DNA of 64,000 nucleotides from an uncultured virus (IMG/VR IMGVR_UViG_3300033153_010090) (lineage: Duplodnaviria > Heunggongvirae > Uroviricota > Caudoviricetes), in the IMG/VR virus record IMGVR_UViG_3300033153_010090; one strand, written 5' to 3'. This document shows positions 57,807 to 64,000 of the stretch, in pieces. Both the position numbers and the translations under genes were made by a program. A model generated the notes under the pieces. That model saw only the letters and a program-made list of their open reading frames with translations. It was not told the origin of the DNA and did no database searches. How positions within the stretch are numbered: the stretch's first letter is position 1; each line of letters opens with the position of its first letter.

Positions 57807-58433
57807 ATGCAGAGCATTCCAATCTCTGTGGGCAAGAAACTCGAGAAGCTCTACCGCGAGAGGATTCAGCATGGAGAGTGGAAGGACTGGCTTCCGGTGG
57901 ACTTCGATTATGGGTTCGTCTGCTGCATCGGAGCAGGCCCGTGGACACTCAAGAGACGCTACGATGTGCAAGAAGCAGCGATGAATTGGTATCGAAGCAA
58001 CGAACCCATGGAGTTCATTGGTGAGCGCCAGCTGCAGGTGAGCTGCTACCCACTGCAGTGGCAGAACAGCATGCTCGAGCGCATGTGTCGCTACCTCTAC
58101 GACGGTGGCTGGACTATGGAGTCGTTTGGCTACGCGCTCATCGGTCTGGCTGAGAAAGAGATGTGGAGTGACGCGCTCCATGTTCTCCATCACGCTGCCA
58201 ACAATGGCCGGCGCACCAAAGTGGTCTCGCTCTACGCACGCGACTTCTTGAAGATCCCTGCGTTCCCGATTGACCGCCATGTCAAACGCGTACTCGTCGC
58301 GAACGGACTTCCGACGAAGGAGGACGTCCTCATCAGTGAGTGCTTGGACTATGGCCTCGACCCCTGCAGGGTGGCCCGGTCTCTCTTCTACGCCAGCGTG
58401 AGTTCGGGTAACCCAGCTCACAATTCGGAATAA
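57807..58433 (+). CDS. HhH-GPD superfamily (endonuclease III-like) glycosylase-related protein
   Basis: KVVSL...IPAFPIDRHVKRVL with the conserved Asp. Confidence 0.6.
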   Translation: MQSIPISVGKKLEKLYRERIQHGEWKDWLPVDFDYGFVCCIGAGPWTLKRRYDVQEAAMNWYRSNEPMEFIGERQLQVSCYPLQWQNSMLERMCRYLYDGGWTMESFGYALIGLAEKEMWSDALHVLHHAANNGRRTKVVSLYARDFLKIPAFPIDRHVKRVLVANGLPTKEDVLISECLDYGLDPCRVARSLFYASVSSGNPAHNSE

Positions 58434-58434
58434 G
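58424..58434 (+). promoter_or_regulatory. Phage promoter motif YGGHATAAG
   Basis: TTCGGAATAAG. Confidence 0.75.
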
Positions 58435-58460
58435 AAGAGTAGACAAACCAAGGAGGCCAT

Positions 58461-58625
58461 ATGCCAGACAACGACTCCGCTGATGATCTCATCGAGATAC
58501 TCAGCACCATCCGAGAGGACCCGGAGTACCAGCAGGGGGTATGCCCGAACTGCGACGAGCACACACTTGAATTCAACGAGAAGCACGAGGCCTGCGAAGA
58601 CTGCGGGTACTCATGCGAAAGGTGA
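58461..58625 (+). CDS. Small zinc-ribbon protein (54 aa, not in ORF track)
   Basis: AGGAGG RBS; CPNC...CEDCGYSC. Confidence 0.7.
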   Translation: MPDNDSADDLIEILSTIREDPEYQQGVCPNCDEHTLEFNEKHEACEDCGYSCER

Positions 58626-58627
58626 CC

Positions 58628-59131
58628 ATGACGCACACCCATCAAAAGCTCATGAAGAAGTTGCAGGAGCTCACCCTCCAGTACATGGAGATCGGCGAGA
58701 TACTGCGGGACATCCGTGACAACGAGGTCTTCAAGGAGGAGGGCTGCAGTTCCTTCAAGGAGTACATCGAGCAGTACGCCGACATCTCGTACGAGACCGC
58801 ATACCGGTGGATGAGGATCCACCATGTCTTCGCCGGACTGCGCTTTCCGAAGGGGCTCATCCTCGGGGCCACCAAGATGTATCTGCTGTGCGGGTTGGTG
58901 ACACAGGAAAACGTCACCGAGATGCTTCGCTGGGCAAACGTGGCCCCCACCGCAGAAATCCGGTTGGCTCTTCGGAGTCAACGGAACCGCACTCTCTCCC
59001 TCTGGCTCACGGAGGCTGAGTACAAGAGAGCGGTGAAGTACATCAAAGACAGCGTCAAGGCAGGAGCTCCCACGCAGGGGAGTGCCGCGATGTTCCTCCT
59101 CGACATGGGTATGGACAAGTTGGCGGCCTAG
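58628..59131 (+). CDS. Putative DNA-binding protein (DUF3102-like HTH)
   Basis: EIGEILRDIRD...SFKEYIE...ISYETAYRWMRI. Confidence 0.65.
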   Translation: MTHTHQKLMKKLQELTLQYMEIGEILRDIRDNEVFKEEGCSSFKEYIEQYADISYETAYRWMRIHHVFAGLRFPKGLILGATKMYLLCGLVTQENVTEMLRWANVAPTAEIRLALRSQRNRTLSLWLTEAEYKRAVKYIKDSVKAGAPTQGSAAMFLLDMGMDKLAA

Positions 59132-59136
59132 CCGCC

Positions 59137-59164
59137 GGGAGCCTCTTCGGAGGTTCCCTTAGCC
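59137..59164 (+). terminator. Hairpin + TTAGCC terminator
   Basis: GGGAGCCTC-TTCG-GAGGTTCCC-TTAGCC. Confidence 0.75.
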
Positions 59165-59182
59165 AAGAAACTGGACCTGAAA

Positions 59183-59193
59183 TTCGGCATAAG
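59183..59193 (+). promoter_or_regulatory. Phage promoter motif YGGHATAAG
   Basis: TTCGGCATAAG. Confidence 0.75.
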
Positions 59194-59221
59194 AAAGGTG
59201 TCGGAAAGGAGGCCATCAATT

Positions 59222-59707
59222 ATGAAGGACTACCGACAGATCTTCGAAAGTGGTATTCACATGCTTCCCCAGGTCATCACGACCTGTCGCGATGCCGGAG
59301 TCAGCGACGAGGAGTTCCTCAAGCTGTGCGCTGACATCGGGAAGTATTTCACGGCAGTGTCCAAGCTCAAGAGCGCGGACGACTTGCCCGAGTTCCTTCA
59401 GCAGAAGCGGATGCGCGCGCTCGATGGTCGTATCATCAAGAGCGGCGTCGCGGTCTTCGAGCGGCTGGGCGGGGTCGACCTCGACCTCGACTTCAGCAAC
59501 GTGCCCATGGAGGAGGGCACGGAGTCGGATGAGGTCATCGAGCAGATGGTCTCCGGCTTCGAGGACCCGGCGGCGGTTCAGACGGTGGATCCCCCCATCG
59601 TCGAGGTCGCTCCGGTCGCTCCGGTCACACCGACGATGAGCTTCGCGCAGGCCGTCGTCAGCAACAAGATGAAGGAGTACGTCGCGCAGGTTCGGGGCCA
59701 GGCGTGA
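59222..59707 (+). CDS. Hypothetical protein
   Basis: Monocistronic promoter-RBS-ORF-terminator unit. Confidence 0.75.
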   Translation: MKDYRQIFESGIHMLPQVITTCRDAGVSDEEFLKLCADIGKYFTAVSKLKSADDLPEFLQQKRMRALDGRIIKSGVAVFERLGGVDLDLDFSNVPMEEGTESDEVIEQMVSGFEDPAAVQTVDPPIVEVAPVAPVTPTMSFAQAVVSNKMKEYVAQVRGQA

Positions 59708-59713
59708 GCCTGG

Positions 59714-59745
59714 GGGATGGGGGCTTCGGCCCCTGTTCCTTAGCC
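59714..59745 (+). terminator. Hairpin + TTAGCC terminator
   Basis: GGGATGGGGGC-TTCG-GCCCCTGTTCC-TTAGCC. Confidence 0.75.
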
Positions 59746-59762
59746 TGAATTGAGGTGTACGT

Positions 59763-59773
59763 TTTGGAATAAG
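59763..59773 (+). promoter_or_regulatory. Phage promoter motif YGGHATAAG
   Basis: TTTGGAATAAG. Confidence 0.75.
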
Positions 59774-59809
59774 AAGGGTAGTAGGAATCAACTTTGCCAA
59801 GGAGGCCAC

Positions 59810-60181
59810 ATGAGCAAACTGACAATATGGGCACAGGTCCTCGTGAGAGGCTTGTGGAAGAGGATGGAGTTCCCTGAGCTTGAGCGCGGAGACCTCTTCC
59901 GCCTCTACGACGAGGAAGGCAAGCCCGTCGACGGTGGGGAGGTCCATGTCGCGGATGCGGAGCCGTTCGAGCGGGAGTCGCTCTGGGCTGTGAAGTCACA
60001 CCTCGCCGGCCGTGGCGAGCCGGTGCGATACGTGGATGTAGGCTCGTGCAGCTACTGTGTCATGAACAGCGACAGTGCCTGCAGAGCTGTGAGCAGACAG
60101 TGCCCGCCAGATGGTGTGACGCCGGACTGGTGTCCTCTTCGTGAGGGGCCGGTCTTTATCAGCTGGGTCGGTAGTGATTGA
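59810..60181 (+). CDS. Hypothetical protein with C-terminal Cys cluster (PDWCPL)
   Basis: AGGAGGCC RBS. Confidence 0.7.
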   Translation: MSKLTIWAQVLVRGLWKRMEFPELERGDLFRLYDEEGKPVDGGEVHVADAEPFERESLWAVKSHLAGRGEPVRYVDVGSCSYCVMNSDSACRAVSRQCPPDGVTPDWCPLREGPVFISWVGSD

Positions 60182-60207
60182 CTCACAGAGGCTGGAAGGA
60201 GGCCATC

Positions 60208-61815
60208 ATGATCGAATTCGATACGAAAGCGTTCAACGCTGCGATGGAGAAGCTCGACAAGGAGCTTCCCGACGAGCTACCTGAGGTCAAGCGGTTCCAC
60301 GCTGCGGCTCTGGTCGTCGGTGGGGACATGAAGGGAGACAACTTCTGGATCGTGATGGCTGTGACCTTGCTCGGTGTTAACGAAGGCTGGGAGTGGCCGT
60401 ACCTGCTCGAGCACACCGTGAAGATTCTCCCCATCTATGTCAAGGGGTCCGGGTCGAATAAGAACCGCGGGATGCGCTTCACTGAGTTCTGGATCGATAC
60501 CAACTGGGACTTCAGTTACCCCATCAGCATCTTCGCTGAGGTCTTCAGGCCCATCGCCATCGCACACAAGAAGTGCTGGTCTCTCCCGGCCACTGTCGAA
60601 CGCGCCAAGGAGATCTGGGAGCAGGAGTACGCCTCGTGGGAGAAGGCTCTCCACACGCGTGTGAACAAGAATGGTGACCGGTTTGTCGATCGCACCTACC
60701 ACATGATGAAAGAGATGGGTTCGACGAAGAAGCACGTCATGAAGGGCAGAGCTATTGGGAAGAGCACCGCCATGCAGTGCCCAGTTTGCAAGCAGACGAA
60801 GGATCTTGACCCCACCAATCCGTGGCACCTTGGAAAGTCCATGTGTTGCCCGGACTGCAAGCCATTCATGGCTGGTCCGCGTGGCATCAGGTCTGATGTT
60901 CCGCACATGGACCCGGCAGACGATCTCCGCCCCGCAGTGAACGCCATGGTGCAGGGCCAGGAAGTCGACAGGATGATAGCGGCAGGCGTTGATCCGGCCA
61001 CACCAAACTCAGAGGTGACCGCAATGATCGCCTACCAGACGAAGGGGCCCTACGCCTCACACCTGGACTTCGTGCACATGCGCGAGCACCTGCAGCAGAA
61101 GATATTTGCTGCGCTACACGTACCAGCAGAAATGCTTGGTGTGGTGGGTAGTGAACCTGAGAAGGTGAGCGTCGCTGAGTCCTTGGAGAAGACCAAGGAC
61201 ATCCCCATCTTCTCAACGATGACTGGGCGCATGCAGTGCAAGGAGCCGAACATCAGCAACCTCCCCAGGAGTGAGAAGATGGATGACGGACAACGAGCAT
61301 CAGACCAGATCCTCATCTGCGAAGGGCAGGAGTTCCTCGTTGACGGTGACTGCGTCATAGTGTGGGACCGAAACGGCTTCAGGAAGAAGCAGGGCAGTCA
61401 GTTCGTCCATGGAAAGTTCGTCCAGGACGACACCCACGATGGCCACATGTTCCTTCGCAGAGGCAGCCCTGTGAGGCTGATCGACTCCGATGGCAAAGAG
61501 ATCGGCCGGGCCGTCATCCGCGGTGATGGGGAGCTCGACGTTCTCGAGGAGGCCCTCGACATCAAGCTGGGGAAGAGCTTCTGGGCCGTGGTCGGCATTG
61601 ACCGAGATGACCCCTCTGTCTGCCACGGAAAGGTGATGGCCTTCTACTACAAGTACCACGAGGACTCAGCTTACACTCACAACGTCATTCACCTGCGCCT
61701 GGATAATGGCCATGTCGCCCACTGCTCCGACAAGGAGCTCTTCAGGACACAGGAGAAGGCTGAAGCGCAGAGGATGAAGCTCCTGGAAGGGAGCAATGAT
61801 GACGGCACCGATTGA
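60208..61815 (+). CDS. Mosaic protein with terminase-, portal- and PolA-like short motifs
   Basis: 535 aa; KGRAIGKST, DFVHMREHLQQKIFAALHVPAEMLG, TMTGRMQCKEPNISNLPR. Confidence 0.75.
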   Translation: MIEFDTKAFNAAMEKLDKELPDELPEVKRFHAAALVVGGDMKGDNFWIVMAVTLLGVNEGWEWPYLLEHTVKILPIYVKGSGSNKNRGMRFTEFWIDTNWDFSYPISIFAEVFRPIAIAHKKCWSLPATVERAKEIWEQEYASWEKALHTRVNKNGDRFVDRTYHMMKEMGSTKKHVMKGRAIGKSTAMQCPVCKQTKDLDPTNPWHLGKSMCCPDCKPFMAGPRGIRSDVPHMDPADDLRPAVNAMVQGQEVDRMIAAGVDPATPNSEVTAMIAYQTKGPYASHLDFVHMREHLQQKIFAALHVPAEMLGVVGSEPEKVSVAESLEKTKDIPIFSTMTGRMQCKEPNISNLPRSEKMDDGQRASDQILICEGQEFLVDGDCVIVWDRNGFRKKQGSQFVHGKFVQDDTHDGHMFLRRGSPVRLIDSDGKEIGRAVIRGDGELDVLEEALDIKLGKSFWAVVGIDRDDPSVCHGKVMAFYYKYHEDSAYTHNVIHLRLDNGHVAHCSDKELFRTQEKAEAQRMKLLEGSNDDGTD

Positions 61816-62248
61816 CGACTTCCGTGGTGAGTACAAGTGGCTCTCTAACTTCTGGCGAGAGCCATTCCGACACTGCGAGAAGATCTGGCCCAGCTCAGAG
61901 CACGCCTTCCAGGCAATGAAGACCCTGGACCCTGAGATGCAAGAGGAGATTCGCACTGCAGTATCTCCTCGAGAAGCCAAGCGCTTGGGCAGCCCTAGAA
62001 ACACCCGGTTGGTTCTCCGTCCAGGATGGGACGCCGTGCGTATTGACGTGATGCGACATATCCTGCGGGCCAAATTCAGGTCGGCCCGGCTCGCCAAGAT
62101 GCTCCTGGACACTGGCGATGCCGAGCTCGTCGAGGGCAACACATGGAAGGATGACTTCTGGGGCGTGTACAACGGGAAGGGAGAGAACTGGTTGGGTCGC
62201 CTCCTCATGGAGATCAGAGAGGAGATCAGAGATGTGTCAAACAACTGA
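61796..62248 (+). CDS. NADAR (YbiA-like) family protein
   Basis: FRGEYKWLSNF, SEHAFQAMK, AKRLG, AKF, LLDTGDAELVEGN...DDFWG...GENWLGRLLMEIR. Confidence 0.92.
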   Translation: MMTAPIDDFRGEYKWLSNFWREPFRHCEKIWPSSEHAFQAMKTLDPEMQEEIRTAVSPREAKRLGSPRNTRLVLRPGWDAVRIDVMRHILRAKFRSARLAKMLLDTGDAELVEGNTWKDDFWGVYNGKGENWLGRLLMEIREEIRDVSNN

Positions 62249-62666
62249 GCCAGAGCGCTATCCACCGTTCGAGTGGAACCTCAATCGCATGAAGAGCGGG
62301 GCATACAATGGTTGCGTCTACAGTTCTGTGTGCAGCCTCGAGGCCAACCAGCTACTGAGTATTACCGCGCACAAAGTGGTGCAGATGCTCATCCCAGCGC
62401 TCGACACTCAGCCGACAAGAGCGCACATAGCGATGTCTCTCCAGGGAGCGTTCTCCAACCTCGTGGCCTCGGGTGTGCTCTTCAAGCTCGGCTCCCAGTA
62501 CATCGTGGACATCAAGGCCTTGCTCGACATGATGTTGAGTGAGGATGTGGAACCTGTGTCCAAGGGGCCCTGCCACACCTGTGGGGGGAACGGTTACCTC
62601 TCCGGCTATGGTCACGGCAGAGAAGACTGCCCTGACTGCGACGGTACTGGCGACGAGACTCCCTGA
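62232..62666 (+). CDS. Protein with sheath-like helix and DnaJ-type zinc finger
   Basis: CHTCGGNG...CPDCDGTG; AGGAG RBS. Confidence 0.7.
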   Translation: MCQTTEPERYPPFEWNLNRMKSGAYNGCVYSSVCSLEANQLLSITAHKVVQMLIPALDTQPTRAHIAMSLQGAFSNLVASGVLFKLGSQYIVDIKALLDMMLSEDVEPVSKGPCHTCGGNGYLSGYGHGREDCPDCDGTGDETP

Positions 62667-62682
62667 AATAACCCACGGTCAA

Positions 62683-62693
62683 TTCGGTATAAG
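62683..62693 (+). promoter_or_regulatory. Phage promoter motif YGGHATAAG
   Basis: TTCGGTATAAG. Confidence 0.75.
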
Positions 62694-62718
62694 CATGATG
62701 AGCAAGAAGGAGGCCATC

Positions 62719-62952
62719 ATGCTCAGCAAGGTCTTGTCGTTCGTTTTCTCCCCCTACTTCTTCATCGTCAGCTGCTGGAATGCGTTCGTCCTGAGCTCCC
62801 GCTACAACTTCAAGGCGGGTGTCATCCTCGGGGAGCGCAAAGCGCTGACGGGCAAGGAGTTCACCAACGTGGACATTCAAGTCCTCGCAGTCCGGCTCAT
62901 GGAGGAGGACCAGGTCCTCTCTGAGCATCGCAGGAGGCATGGGAGGGAGTGA
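62719..62952 (+). CDS. Small protein with hydrophobic N-terminus
   Basis: AGGAGGCC RBS; monocistronic. Confidence 0.7.
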   Translation: MLSKVLSFVFSPYFFIVSCWNAFVLSSRYNFKAGVILGERKALTGKEFTNVDIQVLAVRLMEEDQVLSEHRRRHGRE

Positions 62953-62956
62953 GGTG

Positions 62957-62981
62957 AGGAAGGGCCCGCGCCTTCCTTTAG
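62957..62981 (+). terminator. Hairpin + TTAG terminator
   Basis: AGGAAGG...CCTTCCT-TTAG. Confidence 0.65.
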
Positions 62982-63035
62982 GTCTCAAAAGGGAAAGGGC
63001 CCCAGCTGGTCCGCCGGAGCCCTCCCTTGGTCGCT

Positions 63036-63233
63036 TCAGTGCTGGCTATCCCATGCCACGGGTGACCCCAGACTAGGAAGTGGAGGCCTATGGCTTCGGT
63101 AGATGGGAGTTCCCGGTGGGGGACCAACCCACCGAAGGAGCGCTAGCAGCTGGTGTGGTATGGACGTCCAGGATTCCGGCGCAATCGCGACCAGGATATA
63201 CCAGAGCCCAAGAACCAGGACTAGCTGCAGCAT
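63036..63233 (-). CDS. Small membrane/signal-peptide protein, probably leaderless
   Basis: MLQLVLVLGLWYILVAIA; TGGACA-17bp-TACCAT promoter ends 7 nt before the ATG; hairpin+T tract at about 63020-62987. Confidence 0.5.
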   Translation of the reverse strand: MLQLVLVLGLWYILVAIAPESWTSIPHQLLALLRWVGPPPGTPIYRSHRPPLPSLGSPVAWDSQH

Positions 63234-63332
63234 GGCCTCATGGTAAACACCTCTCGGGCAAATGTCCACTCACTTGACTACACCTGATGTTTCATTTAGC
63301 ATCTCGGCCAGTAACTACAAGGGATTATCAAC

Positions 63333-63761
63333 ATGACGAAGAGACTCATTCTGATGGTAGGGTTCCCGCGCAGCGGGAAGAGCACGAGGGCCCGTGGGCT
63401 TAGTCACCAACTCGGTGCACCCATCGTCAACCCGGACAGCATCCACAAGGTGGTGCACGGCACAGCCTACCGTGACGAGGCGAACCCCATCGTCTGGGGC
63501 GTCGCCAAGACCATGGTCCGCGCTCTCTTCGAGGCTGGGCACGACGTGGTCATCGTCGACGCGTGCAACAACACCAAGCAGCGGAGGCAGGAGTGGAAAG
63601 ACTGGTCTGGGGAGATCTGGGAGCGAGACTACGTCGAGTGCGGCACCTCTGCGGAGGAGTGCCTCAAGCGTCTGGACGACTCCAACCAGCAGCTCACCAA
63701 GATCATTTGGCGGATGGCTCGACAGCACGAGTCCGTGAACCAGAAGGAGGAGACTCCATGA
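63333..63761 (+). CDS. P-loop kinase (AAA_33 / polynucleotide-kinase-like)
   Basis: LILMVGFPRSGKST, IVNPD, VIVDACN....R, ECLKR. Confidence 0.85.
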   Translation: MTKRLILMVGFPRSGKSTRARGLSHQLGAPIVNPDSIHKVVHGTAYRDEANPIVWGVAKTMVRALFEAGHDVVIVDACNNTKQRRQEWKDWSGEIWERDYVECGTSAEECLKRLDDSNQQLTKIIWRMARQHESVNQKEETP

Positions 63762-64000
63762 AAGACGCTCGAGTCATCGAGGAGGCCATGCACGCCAAGG
63801 GCTACGCGGTTTTCACCGACACCGCCAAGGGGTACGACCTCAACATCTTTGGCATCCGAACGACGAACAACGACGCCAACACATTCAACGACACCGTCGG
63901 GGTGATGTACCTCTACGAAGGTCGCTGGTGCTGCTTCCTATTCCCGGCCACGACTGACCCGGGAGTCTACTACCGCGAGAATCCGATGAACGTCGACGGC
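63758..64000 (+). CDS. Partial protein, possibly a cell-wall-modifying enzyme
   Basis: ATGA-coupled; LNIFGIR...NTFND...ATTDPG...NPMN; runs off the window; the function is a weak recollection. Confidence 0.6.
   Translation, partial: MKDARVIEEAMHAKGYAVFTDTAKGYDLNIFGIRTTNNDANTFNDTVGVMYLYEGRWCCFLFPATTDPGVYYRENPMNVDG

Noticed and set aside
1..64000. CRISPR array, tRNA/rRNA genes, integrase/transposase, DGR reverse transcriptase
   Set aside because: No regularly spaced direct repeats, cloverleaf signatures or relevant catalytic motifs were seen by eye; a dedicated scan could still find divergent cases

Overview
A GC-rich segment of a large, apparently uncharacterised tailed phage with a contractile-tail gene set. 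No integrase, host genes, tRNA/rRNA or CRISPR array were seen. 1-36.4 kb is a minus-strand virion module: LamG fibre proteins, a giant baseplate J-like protein, a gp25-like wedge, hub and tube-initiator candidates and the tape measure. It also carries a holin-like/MshEN/patatin cassette, a sigma-70-family factor and proteins with recurrent K-x-A motifs. 36.8-41.6 kb is a plus-strand block (WGR-domain DNA ligase, Bro-like protein). 41.6-51.4 kb is a minus-strand block with GroES, a -1 frameshifting tail-chaperone-like pair and a degenerate RecA. 51.4-64 kb is a plus-strand, early-type accessory region. Main hand-read observations: (i) a protein carrying short look-alikes of terminase Walker A, portal and DNA polymerase A motifs, a candidate immune decoy; (ii) a 14-bp palindrome TTGMCCGCGGKCAA dispersed at roughly 10-kb spacing, including inside genes; (iii) a phage-specific promoter motif (YGGHATAAG, 12 plus-strand copies and one minus-strand variant) paired with hairpin+TTAG terminators, which delimit several ORF-less small-RNA candidates; (iv) a candidate replication origin. 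All product calls come from motif recognition by eye, not from database searches.
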